A stretch of DNA of 64,000 bases from Candidatus Latescibacterota bacterium. GTDB lineage: Bacteria; Latescibacterota; UBA2968. Where the stretch lies: contig OZ242311.1 of NCBI GenBank assembly GCA_965207885.1, forward strand, positions 1,216,001-1,280,000, written 5' to 3'. The notes below the pieces were generated by a model. It was not told where the DNA came from. It worked only from the letters and a program-made list of their open reading frames with translations, and searched no databases. This document shows, one piece after another, positions 10,061 through 20,160 of the stretch (positions are counted from its first letter, which is position 1; every line of letters begins with the position of its first letter). The position numbers were made by a program, and so were the translations under genes.

Positions 10061-11281
10061 ATGGTCAAACGCATTATCGCCATTGGCATCATCTTTTTCT
10101 GCATCGCAGTAGGCTGGATTATTCTGAGTGCCACCGTCCACATACGCACAGAGGAACAGGACGACAAGCTCAAAAGTGCTGTTGGGCAACTCTGGGGCAC
10201 GGCGCAGACCCAGCGAGCACCGCAAATCTACTGGCTGGAGCGCGTCACCCATATCGAAACTATCGACGGCGAGTCTGTCTCACGCACAGTAGATGAGAAA
10301 CACTTCCTGAACCTGAAAGCCAGTCGCATTGAAGTTGACCTGTCTCTGGAACACCGGCGCAAAGGCTTGCTGTGGTATTCCACCTATCAGGTGCAATTCG
10401 CAGCCTCTTACACCCTGATCAACCCCACCGACCAGAACCGGCACCTGTCCTTCGACCTGGAACTACCCGCCCCGCACGCAGTGTACGACGACTTCACTTT
10501 AACCGTTGACGGTCAATCCATTGCCGAACTCCCAATCCGCAACGGTCATTTAATCCAACCCATCGAACTATCACCCGGGCAGGAACTCTCCATTGACCTG
10601 TCCTATCACTCCCAGGGCCTGGACCAATGGCGATACAGTTTTGGGGACCACGTCAATCAGGTATCGGACTTTGAACTGGCGATGCATACGGACTTCGCCG
10701 CCATTGACTTTCCCCCAGATAGCATGTCTCCCACCTCAAGGACCCGCGATGGCGACGCCTGGACCCTGACGTGGAAATACAATCATCTCCTCACCGGCAT
10801 TGACCTGGGAATGATCCTCCCGGCCCGTCTCAATCCCGGACCCTGGGTCGGCAAAGTCGTTGCCGCCGCCCCCATCTCCCTCTTTCTTTTTTTCTTTTTG
10901 CTCTTTATCTTTTCCATAGTGCGCGGCCTCGACCTGCACCCGATGCACTATTTCTTCATCGGTGCTGCCTTCTTTAGTTTTCACCTGCTACTGGCTTATC
11001 TGGTTGACCACCTGATCATCCACTACGCATTTGTCCTATCTTCGGCGGTCTCCATTGTCCTCGTCATTTCGTACATGAGGCTGGTCCTGGGCACGCGCCT
11101 GGCATTTGTCGAAATCGGCCTGGGACAATTTGTCTATCTCGTACTATTTTCCTACACCTTTTTCTTCCCCGGCTATACCGGACTGGCCGTCACCCTCTTG
11201 TGCATTGCGACCCTATTCGCTGTCATGCAATTCACCGGCCGCATCGACTGGAGCACGGTATTTAATAAGGAACCCTCTTGA
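10061..11281 (+). CDS. creD: Inner membrane CreD-family protein
   Basis: N-terminal TM, RRKGLLWYSTY, periplasmic domain, then LHPMHY..IGAAF..FHLLLAYL and several C-terminal TMs; RBS GGAG. Confidence 0.65.
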   Translation: MVKRIIAIGIIFFCIAVGWIILSATVHIRTEEQDDKLKSAVGQLWGTAQTQRAPQIYWLERVTHIETIDGESVSRTVDEKHFLNLKASRIEVDLSLEHRRKGLLWYSTYQVQFAASYTLINPTDQNRHLSFDLELPAPHAVYDDFTLTVDGQSIAELPIRNGHLIQPIELSPGQELSIDLSYHSQGLDQWRYSFGDHVNQVSDFELAMHTDFAAIDFPPDSMSPTSRTRDGDAWTLTWKYNHLLTGIDLGMILPARLNPGPWVGKVVAAAPISLFLFFFLLFIFSIVRGLDLHPMHYFFIGAAFFSFHLLLAYLVDHLIIHYAFVLSSAVSIVLVISYMRLVLGTRLAFVEIGLGQFVYLVLFSYTFFFPGYTGLAVTLLCIATLFAVMQFTGRIDWSTVFNKEPS

Positions 11282-12717
11282 TGAGTATTTCAGTAGAGAA
11301 AATCGATCTCAATGTTTTGAACATGCACACGCGATTTCCGTTTAAATACGGAATAGCATCGCTCGTGGCATTGCCCCATTTATTTGTGCGGGCGAGGGTC
11401 AAAGTCGATGGAAAAACAGAAATTGGATTGGCTGCAGAGGGACTGCCGCCAAAGTGGTTCACCAAAAACCCAGACGCGCCATTTGAGTCCGACCTGGATG
11501 AAATGCTCACCGTTATCCAAAATGCCTGTGATATTGCCCTGCATAGCGATGCAGAAAATTCGATATTTGATCTCTGGCAGACGATTTATGCCAAACAGCG
11601 CGCGTGGGCAAAAACAACGGCCTATCCGCCGCTCCTATGGTCATTCGGCGTCAGCATGATCGAACGCGCAGTAATCGACGCCTTTTGCAGGGCAAAAGGC
11701 GTGACATTTGCACAAGCTATAACAGAAAATGCATTGGGCATTCGCCTATCTGACATCCACAGCGAATTGCACGGCAATGCCCCCGGCGACTTCTTGCCAC
11801 ACGCGGCGCGACGATCAATCACCGTGCGACACACCGTGGGCCTCGCCGATCCATTGACCGATGCAGACATTGCAGACGAAGATCGCGTAGATGATGGCCT
11901 GCCGCAGTCATTGGCTGCAAATATCGAAGCCTATCAGTTGACACACCTGAAAATTAAACTGTGCGGAGATGCAGAACAGGACCTTGCTCGCCTTCGGCAA
12001 ATCGCGGGCCTGATGCCCGATCAATGCGCCTTCACACTCGACGGCAACGAACAGTACACAGAGGTCGAACCCTTTAGAAAACTCTGGAACACCATTCAAG
12101 GCGATACTGTGCTCTCGTCTTTTATGGAAGGACTGATCTTTGTCGAACAACCGCTTCATCGCGATATGGCGCTCAGTGCAACAGTCAAAGCCGTATTGAC
12201 AGATTGGACCGACCGCCCCCCAATGATCATCGACGAATCGGACGGCGCGCTCGACAGTGCAACGCAGGCATTGGAGTGCGGCTACGTGGGCACGAGCCAC
12301 AAAAATTGTAAAGGCATTTTCAAGGGCATTGCCAATGCGTGCTTAATAGCCCATCACCAACAACGCGACCCCTCGGGAACATATATCTTAAGTAGTGAAG
12401 ACCTCGCCAATGTTGGTCCCGTGGCTTTGTTACAGGACCTCGCTGTACTCGCTGTATTGGGCGTAGATCACTCAGAGCGCAACGGACATCACTATTTTGC
12501 GGGATTGGACATGTATCCCGAAACCATCCAAAAACAAGTACTCGCGCATCACAGCACCCTTTATCGCCAACACGCGCGGGGCTTTCCTATTCTAAATGTA
12601 CGCGAAGGCGCGCTCAACGTAGAAAGCGTCGTCGAAGCACCATTTGGTTATGGATTCGAACTGGACACCCTTCAATTTACCCCCCTCGCGGACTGGACCA
12701 TAGATGAACTCGCCTGA
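11281..12717 (+). CDS. Enolase-superfamily (mandelate racemase-like) protein
   Basis: HLKIKL (KxK), TLDGNEQY, FVEQP and IIDESD motifs. Confidence 0.7.
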   Translation: MSISVEKIDLNVLNMHTRFPFKYGIASLVALPHLFVRARVKVDGKTEIGLAAEGLPPKWFTKNPDAPFESDLDEMLTVIQNACDIALHSDAENSIFDLWQTIYAKQRAWAKTTAYPPLLWSFGVSMIERAVIDAFCRAKGVTFAQAITENALGIRLSDIHSELHGNAPGDFLPHAARRSITVRHTVGLADPLTDADIADEDRVDDGLPQSLAANIEAYQLTHLKIKLCGDAEQDLARLRQIAGLMPDQCAFTLDGNEQYTEVEPFRKLWNTIQGDTVLSSFMEGLIFVEQPLHRDMALSATVKAVLTDWTDRPPMIIDESDGALDSATQALECGYVGTSHKNCKGIFKGIANACLIAHHQQRDPSGTYILSSEDLANVGPVALLQDLAVLAVLGVDHSERNGHHYFAGLDMYPETIQKQVLAHHSTLYRQHARGFPILNVREGALNVESVVEAPFGYGFELDTLQFTPLADWTIDELA

Positions 12718-12728
12718 AAGTTAAAACA

Positions 12729-14090
12729 ATGACCATAGACTGGCACCACATCGAAAAAGAAGTAACGAATTTCTTACAGCACCTGATTCGGTGTAACACG
12801 ACCAATCCCCCCGGCAATGAAATCCTGTGTGCAAATTATATTGCCGAAGTATTGAAACGCGAAGGCATTGACCCCACGATCACAGAATCAGACCCCGGGC
12901 GCGGAAATGTCACAGCGCGCTTAAAAGGTGGAAACGCACCCGCGCTCATGCTATTGGGACATACAGATGTCGTCGCCGTAGAACCCGATAAATGGTCGCG
13001 CGACCCCTTTGGGGGAGAATTGCACAACGGCTATATCTGGGGGCGCGGCGCACTGGACATGAAAAACATGGTCGCGGCAGAACTCATGGTCTTCTTGCTC
13101 TTAAAACGGCAGGGCATAACCCTAAACCGCGACGTAATCTATGCGGCAACCGCAGATGAAGAAGCGGGCAGAGGAAACCACGGCATCGGTTGGCTCATCG
13201 ATCACCATCCCGAACAAGTCAATGCAAAATACGTATTGACGGAAGGTGGAGGCGGTGATTTTTATGTAAATGGAAAACACTTTTATACGTGCCAAACGGG
13301 ACAAAAGGGCATTTTTCGCTTTCGCCTGAAAGCAAAAGGGCGCCCAGGACACGGCTCCCGTCCACACCGCGACAATGCAGTCGTCAAACTCAGCCGCGCC
13401 ATTGCTGCTTTAGGACAGGCAAAACTTCTAATGCACCCCTCTAAAACACTGCGCGCGTTTTTAGAAGGCATAGCAGCGACACAGAACGATGAGACCGCAC
13501 AACAGTTGCGCCGCGTACTCGATGAGACAGACAGCGAGAACGCATTGCAAAAGCTGCCCCTCGCGCCAGATATGATCGCCTCACTGCGCGCCCTATTGCA
13601 CAATACAGTCTCTCCAACAATCCTCGAAGCGGGCAGCAAAATCAATGTCATCCCCGCTGAAGCAACTGCGCGGATCGATGGCCGGCTCGCGCCCGGTCAG
13701 ACCGACAAAAGCTTTGAAGCCGAAATCCGAACCTCGATTGGCGATGAAATCGACCTCATCGTAGATCAATACAGCCCACCTTTAGAAGCCAGTACAGATT
13801 CGCCCCTATATGAAACCATCGTCCATGTAATGGCAGAACGAGACCCAGACGCCACCGTAGTCCCCGCGCTAATGACCGGAGGCACAGACGCCAAGCATAT
13901 TTGCCCCCGCTGGCCCCATGTACAGGTTTACGGATTTATGCCCCACCGACAGGTGCAGGAAGAAAAAGAAATGAATCTGATACACGGTCATAACGAACGC
14001 ATCTCAGTCGAAAATCTCGTCTTTGCAACGCGCATTTTATACGATATTGTAATGCGATTTTGCCAATCCTCACCGGGAGATAACGCGTGA
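12729..14090 (+). CDS. M20/M25/M40 metallopeptidase (ArgE/DapE-like)
   Basis: LLGHTDVV, WGRGALDMK, ADEEAG, GHGS, GGTDAK and IHGHNER motifs. Confidence 0.9.
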   Translation: MTIDWHHIEKEVTNFLQHLIRCNTTNPPGNEILCANYIAEVLKREGIDPTITESDPGRGNVTARLKGGNAPALMLLGHTDVVAVEPDKWSRDPFGGELHNGYIWGRGALDMKNMVAAELMVFLLLKRQGITLNRDVIYAATADEEAGRGNHGIGWLIDHHPEQVNAKYVLTEGGGGDFYVNGKHFYTCQTGQKGIFRFRLKAKGRPGHGSRPHRDNAVVKLSRAIAALGQAKLLMHPSKTLRAFLEGIAATQNDETAQQLRRVLDETDSENALQKLPLAPDMIASLRALLHNTVSPTILEAGSKINVIPAEATARIDGRLAPGQTDKSFEAEIRTSIGDEIDLIVDQYSPPLEASTDSPLYETIVHVMAERDPDATVVPALMTGGTDAKHICPRWPHVQVYGFMPHRQVQEEKEMNLIHGHNERISVENLVFATRILYDIVMRFCQSSPGDNA

Positions 14091-15088
14091 AAATTCTGGT
14101 GACAGATTATGCCTGGGCAAATTTAGACGTCGAAAAAAGTGTCCTGAGTGAAATCGGTGCCGAACTCATTCCCGCACCCAATGGCGAAGAAGAAACACTT
14201 GTCCAATTGGCGCAGGGGTGCTGTGGCATCATGACCTGCTGGGCGCAAACAACGCGCGCGGTTATCGCATCTGCATTGCCCGATCTGAAAGTAATCGTGC
14301 GATACGGCGTAGGACTGGACAATATCGATGTAGCCTATGCAACCAAACAGGGCATTCCCGTAGCCAATGTACCCGATTATTGTTTTATCGACGTAGCCGA
14401 GCAAACCATGGCCCTGCTATTGGGGCTTTCGCACAAAGTCGCGCAATTTGATCGGCTCATTCGCAGCGGCACCTGGGATATCCAGGCCGGCTTGCCCCTG
14501 CGGCGTTTAACGGGACAGGTGCTCGGCTTGATCGGCTTTGGGCAAATTGCGCGCGAGGTCGTTCCCCGCGCCCGGGCTTTTGGGCTACATGTGTTGGCCT
14601 ACTCGCGGTCTCTGACACCGGAACAAGCGCGCGCCTGTGGCGTCGAATTCGCGGATCTGGACACCCTGCTTCGCACATCGGATTTCGTATCGCTTCACTG
14701 CCCATCTACCGATGAAACGCGAGACCTGATCAATGCCGATAATCTCGCAAAAATGAAGCCAACAGCGTGTTTGATCAACACTTCGCGGGGCGATATTGTC
14801 GATGAATCAGCACTACTCGAGGCATTAAAAAATAACACCATTGCGGGTGCTGCCCTCGATGTGCGATGCCAGGAACCGCCCGAAACAGGAGATCGTTTAA
14901 TCCACACAGATCGGGTAATTCACAGCCCGCACTCGGCTTTTTATTCCGAAGAATCGCTCGTTGAATTGCAAAAAAAAGCCGCCGGGGAAGCGCGACGAGT
15001 CCTGACGGGAAAAGCACCCGTGCATCTGGTCAACCCGGAATACAAAAAGCATCCGCAGATGACGCAGATGAAAGGAGTATCAGTGTGA
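14087..15088 (+). CDS. D-isomer-specific 2-hydroxyacid dehydrogenase (CtBP/PGDH-like)
   Basis: RYGVGLDNID, GLIGFGQI, INTSRG, AALDV and SPHSAFYS motifs. Confidence 0.9.
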   Translation: MKILVTDYAWANLDVEKSVLSEIGAELIPAPNGEEETLVQLAQGCCGIMTCWAQTTRAVIASALPDLKVIVRYGVGLDNIDVAYATKQGIPVANVPDYCFIDVAEQTMALLLGLSHKVAQFDRLIRSGTWDIQAGLPLRRLTGQVLGLIGFGQIAREVVPRARAFGLHVLAYSRSLTPEQARACGVEFADLDTLLRTSDFVSLHCPSTDETRDLINADNLAKMKPTACLINTSRGDIVDESALLEALKNNTIAGAALDVRCQEPPETGDRLIHTDRVIHSPHSAFYSEESLVELQKKAAGEARRVLTGKAPVHLVNPEYKKHPQMTQMKGVSV

Positions 15089-16074
15089 GCAAACCAAACG
15101 TGGGTATTGTGGTTCGGAAATCGCTCAGAGACAGAATATTGAGCGATTGGGATTTAGAAAAATTGGAAAGTTTTGCAAATGTGACAATCAACGACGAAGA
15201 CCGCGATATCGTAAATGGTGAAGCGGCTGAATTTCTGAAGGGCATGGACGGGGCGATGACGAGTTGGAACTCGGGAGATTTGTCGCCAGCAATTCTGGAA
15301 GGCGTGCCAACGCTAAAAATTTGGACTTATGGCGCCGGCACTGTAAAGGGAAAAATCTGCGACGAAGCCTGGGAAAAAGATATTGTGGTAACAAGTGCAG
15401 CGCCGGCGATAGCCGATGATGTCGCGGAACTGACCATGGGATTCATGACCATGGGATTGCGCCGGGTATTTTCCCATTCGCGCGCCATGCGAGAAGGCGA
15501 AAAAAAACCGGACAAGACCGAATCCCGCTCTCTATATCGGCGCACAATTGGCGTCATCAGCGCCAGCCAGGTTGGGCAGCGCGTAATGCGGTTGTTGCGA
15601 CCCTATCAGACGCGCATATTGCTCTACGACCCCTTTGTGACGCCAGAACGCGCAGAGGAATTTGGCGCAGAACTCGCGGACCTGGAGACAATAGCGCGCG
15701 AGGCAGAAGTGGTAACCGTTCACGCCCCCAAATTGGACGCGACATATCACCTCTGGAATGAGACGCATTTCAAACTCATGCGCGATGACTGCGTATTTAT
15801 CAACACATCGCGCGGTGCGAATATCGACGAAGCTGCGCTAATCGCAGAATTGCAAAAAGGGCGATTCTCCGCTTTCTTAGACGTAACCGATCCCGAACCG
15901 CCTGCTATGGACAGCCCACTGCGGCGTTTGCCCAACGTGGTCTTAACGCCGCATTGCGCCGGGCTACAATCCTATCGCATCGGCGCGCTGGTGGTCGAAG
16001 AATTACGCCGATTCTTTGCGAACGAAGACCAGCTGTTTCAAGTCAAACGAGAACTGCTGGATCGGCTGGCATAG
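15085..16074 (+). CDS. D-isomer-specific 2-hydroxyacid dehydrogenase
   Basis: [31 protein letters not shown] and LTPHCAG motifs. Confidence 0.9.
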   Translation: MSKPNVGIVVRKSLRDRILSDWDLEKLESFANVTINDEDRDIVNGEAAEFLKGMDGAMTSWNSGDLSPAILEGVPTLKIWTYGAGTVKGKICDEAWEKDIVVTSAAPAIADDVAELTMGFMTMGLRRVFSHSRAMREGEKKPDKTESRSLYRRTIGVISASQVGQRVMRLLRPYQTRILLYDPFVTPERAEEFGAELADLETIAREAEVVTVHAPKLDATYHLWNETHFKLMRDDCVFINTSRGANIDEAALIAELQKGRFSAFLDVTDPEPPAMDSPLRRLPNVVLTPHCAGLQSYRIGALVVEELRRFFANEDQLFQVKRELLDRLA

Positions 16075-16084
16075 GAAGGATATA

Positions 16085-16573
16085 ATGCAAAAACGCGTAG
16101 ATTATTTATCGTGGGATGAGTACTTTATGGGTGTGGCCTTACTATCGGCACACCGAAGCAAAGACCCCAATACACAAGTAGGCGCGTGTATTATCAACGA
16201 AAAAAAGAAAATCGTGGGCATTGGATACAACGGATTGCCCATTGGGTGTTCAGACGATGAGTTTCCCTGGAGCAGAGAAGGTGATTTTCTCGACACAAAA
16301 TATCCCTATATCTGCCATGCAGAATTAAATGCAATTTTGAACAAAATCAGCGCAGACTTGCATGAATGCACGCTTTACGTCACCTTATTTCCGTGCAATG
16401 AATGTGCAAAAGTAATTATTCAGTCGGGCATTCGCGAAGTAATCTATCTGGCGAATAAATATCCAAAATCCGATTCCGTAAAAGCCACCTACCGCATGTT
16501 TAACAGTGCGGGTATTCGCTATCGCGCGCTGGAGGAATACCGAGCGCGCGTTGTCCTTGATTTCAGGGTCTGA
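16085..16573 (+). CDS. dCMP deaminase (ComEB-like)
   Basis: [24 protein letters not shown] and PCNECAK zinc motifs. Confidence 0.92.
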   Translation: MQKRVDYLSWDEYFMGVALLSAHRSKDPNTQVGACIINEKKKIVGIGYNGLPIGCSDDEFPWSREGDFLDTKYPYICHAELNAILNKISADLHECTLYVTLFPCNECAKVIIQSGIREVIYLANKYPKSDSVKATYRMFNSAGIRYRALEEYRARVVLDFRV

Positions 16574-16576
16574 GTC

Positions 16577-17602
16577 ATGGCATCTCTGGCACTTCAAGAT
16601 AGCATGGGCACTAAGGCATTGCCAGACGCGTCCGATTTTAAACGCGCGCTCGTGGACGTTTTATACCGAAGGCATTTTGGGGCATTGCTAATTTTTTGCA
16701 TTGATTCCCTCAATCAAGCACATAGGGACAATGTGAGCCAGGCGCTTAAAGTGCTAAATTCCGTTGTTATTCCCGCCCCCGAAAGCTTTCACATAACAGA
16801 TGACAAAATCGCCGTGCTTTTTGATGCTGACGATGCGCGTGTGCATGAAATCCCATCATCTCTGCCTGCCGTGATTGCCGACCAAACAGGACTTCGCGTA
16901 TCTTGCGGTGGCATCAAAATCTCGAGCGAGGATTATGGCCTGCATCCTCAAATGTCCGAGATAATATTTTCCACTGCCCAATGCGTACTCGCCCGGGCAC
17001 AACAGCACGCGATCCCGCAGGTGGTCTGGTTGACCGAAAAGTCCACGGAGGATGCATTATCGGATATTTCTCTGAACTTTTTTCGAGAAATTGCGCGTAT
17101 CAACGCCGCCCTGGTACAGAGAATGACATTGGAATCGCGCACAGATTTTTTGACAGGTCTTTACAATCGGCGCGGTTTTGAAGCAGTATTTACACGTATG
17201 GTGCGACGCGCAAATCGCAATGGAAAGCCCCTCGCGCTCTACTACATAGATTCTGATTCTCTCAAAGCGATCAACGACAGCAAAGGGCACGACGCGGGCG
17301 ACCGATTTATTGCAAATTTGGCACAGGTATTGAATGACATGCTACGCGGATCGGATTTGTTATCGAGGTGGGCTGGCGATGAATTTGCTGCAGTAGTTGA
17401 AAATACATCGAGAGCGCGTGCTTATGCGATAGCCCGCCGTTTGAACCGTGCTGTTGATGAGCGCACGGAAGGCACGATATCCATTGGGGTTTATCACGGC
17501 GTGCCCGAATCAACAGAAGACGCGTTTCGACAAGCAGATGCCGCCCTTTACCGCGTAAAAAACCGCGGGAAAAATGATATTGAACTGGCTGATCCGGTTT
17601 AG
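16577..17602 (+). CDS. GGDEF-domain protein (diguanylate cyclase, AGDEF variant)
   Basis: DFLTGLYNRR, INDSKGHDAGD, RWAGDEF, ISIGV and ADAALYRVK.RGKN motifs. Confidence 0.9.
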   Translation: MASLALQDSMGTKALPDASDFKRALVDVLYRRHFGALLIFCIDSLNQAHRDNVSQALKVLNSVVIPAPESFHITDDKIAVLFDADDARVHEIPSSLPAVIADQTGLRVSCGGIKISSEDYGLHPQMSEIIFSTAQCVLARAQQHAIPQVVWLTEKSTEDALSDISLNFFREIARINAALVQRMTLESRTDFLTGLYNRRGFEAVFTRMVRRANRNGKPLALYYIDSDSLKAINDSKGHDAGDRFIANLAQVLNDMLRGSDLLSRWAGDEFAAVVENTSRARAYAIARRLNRAVDERTEGTISIGVYHGVPESTEDAFRQADAALYRVKNRGKNDIELADPV

Positions 17603-17674
17603 AAACCCGGAATGGGTTTGAATCGTCGTATTTAGTGTCCCCTCATTCGCCCGTTCATTTGAAGGAGAAGTGTT

Positions 17675-18220
17675 ATGCCAAAAAAGAAACGCTATGGAAT
17701 GAATAAATACCAGAAAAGAGCAAAGAAAGTAGGCGAACTTCGGTTGCGGCGGGAAGATATTCCGCATTATCTTGCACTGGCAGAGAGCGACGACCCGGCA
17801 GACCGACACGAGGCTGCTGCCAATTTGTGTCCGTGTCATGTGCGGCATCCCGTGCCCGAAATACAGACCGCGCTCTTCATGCTCATGGAAGACCCCGACC
17901 CAAACGTGCGCGCCCGCGCCTGGCACACGCTGGAAGATGGCGGCGTACCCGACGACCCGAGAATGGATGAAATTTTTGAACGCGCCCGTCAAAATGAAAC
18001 CAATAAGACAGTCCTGAACTTTATGCGACAGGTGCAAAACGAAAATCACGCGCACAAAGAACGCACCATGCTCAAAGTCGCAGCCCAATCGGAATACAAT
18101 CAGACTGGCCGATGCGATTTTTGCGGAACAACCGGCAGGGTAAAAACAGATTTTGACACCGAAATACCCGACAGGGGGCAGATGCGCTTTGCATTGGTAT
18201 GTGAAGATTGTGTAGCGTGA
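17675..18220 (+). CDS. HEAT-repeat protein with a C-terminal putative zinc ribbon
   Basis: DDPADRHEAA / EDPDPNVRARA HEAT-like repeats, CPCH, and CDFC...CEDC; RBS AAGGAG. Confidence 0.7.
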   Translation: MPKKKRYGMNKYQKRAKKVGELRLRREDIPHYLALAESDDPADRHEAAANLCPCHVRHPVPEIQTALFMLMEDPDPNVRARAWHTLEDGGVPDDPRMDEIFERARQNETNKTVLNFMRQVQNENHAHKERTMLKVAAQSEYNQTGRCDFCGTTGRVKTDFDTEIPDRGQMRFALVCEDCVA

Positions 18221-18226
18221 GAATGA

Positions 18227-18252
18227 GTAGGGGCGACCCCCTGTGGTCGCCC
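18227..18252 (+). repeat. GTAG-type REP palindrome
   Basis: GTAG followed by GGGCGACC-ccctgt-GGTCGCCC (perfect 8-bp stem), intergenic. Confidence 0.75.
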
Positions 18253-18316
18253 ACTTTGCCAGTACCTGGATGAAGTGTTCATGCAGTTGGATCCCAATTC
18301 AACAAAGGATTTTTTT

Positions 18317-18571
18317 ATGATCGAAGGACCATCAGAAATTGAGTATCCGTGTTTATGGAATTTTAAGATCATTGGCCGCGAAGAAGAACACATGCGTCGG
18401 GCGATTGCCAAAATTGTGGGCGACAGCGATTATACCCTGACCTTTTCAAATCAGAGCAGGCACGGGAAGTATCGCAGCTTAAACCTCGATATGGTCGTCC
18501 TCGACGAATCCCACCGCCTCAATATCTATGAGGCTCTCAGACACCATCGCAGTATTCAGATTGTGCTTTAA
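18317..18571 (+). CDS. DUF493 (YbeD-like) protein
   Basis: IEYPC.W.FKIIG, S.HGKYRS and IYEAL..H..IQIVL motifs. Confidence 0.85.
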   Translation: MIEGPSEIEYPCLWNFKIIGREEEHMRRAIAKIVGDSDYTLTFSNQSRHGKYRSLNLDMVVLDESHRLNIYEALRHHRSIQIVL

Positions 18572-18596
18572 ATCCGTCCGTTTTTCCTATTTTATC

Positions 18597-18625
18597 TTGA
18601 CAATCCACGCTATTTCTTGCACTAT
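18597..18625 (+). promoter_or_regulatory. Sigma70 promoter of oadGBA
   Basis: TTGACA-17 bp-CACTAT. Confidence 0.6.
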
Positions 18626-18643
18626 TTACGGCTTGCGATCCTC

Positions 18644-18710
18644 GCTTATTACGGTGCTGTCGTAGTGGAATTAAACAACCTCTACGATTGAGAGACCCCA
18701 CCCGTTGAGC
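18644..18710 (+). ncRNA. Candidate structured 5' leader (cis-regulatory RNA) of oadG
   Basis: Nested stems GCTTA/TGAGC, ACGG/CCGT and GTCGTAG/CTACGAT, ending 5 nt before the ATG. Confidence 0.4.
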
Positions 18711-18715
18711 TTCCT

Positions 18716-18979
18716 ATGTACAATTTTAACTTTAGCGTGCAGAATATTGAAGACGGTCAGGGCCTGGGCATTGCGCTGACCGGAATGATCATTGTATTCA
18801 GCGTATTGACATTGATCAGTGCATTTATTGTAATATTGCCCAAAATATTAGCTGTTGTAGCAAAGAAATTTCCCGAATCTGCAGGACATCATGGTGTACC
18901 CGTACAGGCTGAAGACGATAACTCTGCACTGGCAGCTATCGGTTTTGTCATGCACATGAGACGCACGGGTAAAACTTGA
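18716..18979 (+). CDS. oadG: Na+-translocating decarboxylase gamma subunit
   Basis: GM.IVF.VL TM segment, His-containing linker, ALAAIG; lies upstream of the beta subunit. Confidence 0.85.
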   Translation: MYNFNFSVQNIEDGQGLGIALTGMIIVFSVLTLISAFIVILPKILAVVAKKFPESAGHHGVPVQAEDDNSALAAIGFVMHMRRTGKT

Positions 18980-19011
18980 CGCGATTACTCATAAGAACTT
19001 TCAGGTAACGG

Positions 19012-20139
19012 ATGGACATACTCTACGAGTTTTTGAACACGACTGGATTTGCCAACTTGAGTTGGGGCAATGTCATTATGATCGCAATCGGCATTGTATT
19101 TATTCACCTGGCGATCACCAGAGATTACGAACCCCTGTTGTTGCTGCCAATTGGTTTTGGCATGATCGTGGGAAACATCCCCGCTATTCCGAGCATGGCT
19201 CTCGGCGTTTACGACGAGGGCAGTGTATTGCGCTATATTTACTTCGGCGTGACATCGGGCTTATTCCCACCGCTGATTTTTTTGGGAATTGGCGCAATGA
19301 CCGATTTTTCGACACTCCTGTCCAATCCCAAACTGGTATTATTAGGCGCTGCGGCGCAAATGGGCATCTTCCTGACCCTGATCGGCGCGCTATATCTGGG
19401 ATTTTCACCTTCTGAATCTGGAGCCATCGGAATCATTGGCGGTGCTGATGGACCTACGGCCATTTTCCTATCGGCCAAATTGGCCCCTCATCTTTTGGGC
19501 GCCATTGCCATCGCCGCGTATTCGTACATGGCACTCGTCCCGGTAATTCAGCCGCCGGTTATGAAGCTGCTGACTTCAAGACGCGAACGACTGATTCGCA
19601 TGCCCGAACCGCGCAAACCTTCCAAACGCGAACGCATCATTTTTCCGATAGCTGGCTTCTTAATTGCAACCTTAATTGCACCGGGTGCATTGACCCTGCT
19701 GGGCATGTTGTTTTTTGGCAACTTGCTAAAAGAGAGCATGGTCACAGACCGCTTGGCAGAGTCCGCGCGCACGGCAATGGTCGATATTGTGACAATTTTG
19801 CTCGGTTTCTCCGTGGGCGCCAGCACAGAGGCACAGACATTTTTGACCCCCGATTCGCTTTTGATTTTTGGCCTGGGTGCGCTATCTTTTGCAGTCGCCA
19901 CGGCCAGCGGCGTCCTATTTGCTAAATTGATGAACGTGTTGACAAAAGAAAAAATCAATCCCCTCGTAGGTGCCGCAGGCGTATCGGCAGTTCCCGACTC
20001 CGCACGGGTCGTGCAGATGGTGGGGCAACAAGAAGACGCACATAATTTTTTGTTAATGCACGCCATGGCACCCAATGTGGCTGGCGTGATCGGCTCAGCC
20101 GTTGCCGCGGGGATCTTGTGGTCGGTACTGGTTCAGTAA
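19012..20139 (+). CDS. oadB: Na+-translocating decarboxylase beta subunit
   Basis: YEPLLLLPIGFG, GAMTDF, IGIIGGADGPT, AGVSAVP and APNVAGVIGSA motifs. Confidence 0.95.
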   Translation: MDILYEFLNTTGFANLSWGNVIMIAIGIVFIHLAITRDYEPLLLLPIGFGMIVGNIPAIPSMALGVYDEGSVLRYIYFGVTSGLFPPLIFLGIGAMTDFSTLLSNPKLVLLGAAAQMGIFLTLIGALYLGFSPSESGAIGIIGGADGPTAIFLSAKLAPHLLGAIAIAAYSYMALVPVIQPPVMKLLTSRRERLIRMPEPRKPSKRERIIFPIAGFLIATLIAPGALTLLGMLFFGNLLKESMVTDRLAESARTAMVDIVTILLGFSVGASTEAQTFLTPDSLLIFGLGALSFAVATASGVLFAKLMNVLTKEKINPLVGAAGVSAVPDSARVVQMVGQQEDAHNFLLMHAMAPNVAGVIGSAVAAGILWSVLVQ

Positions 20140-20160
20140 GCTTGGCGAAGGATTTTAATT

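Noticed and set aside
15050-15072. CGCAGATGACGCAGATGA short repeat (a related ATCTGTGTTCATCGGCGG lies near 44823)
   Set aside because: Short remnant of a dispersed repeat type, with only two units and no associated gene.
16085-16573. Anti-phage dCTP deaminase
   Set aside because: Short, housekeeping-type dCMP deaminase with no kinase-like N-terminal domain, in a core operon.
18650-18715. Canonical TPP riboswitch
   Set aside because: Only a GGTGC...TGAGA...ACCCG resemblance; the pyrophosphate-sensing half is absent and the downstream genes are unrelated to thiamine.
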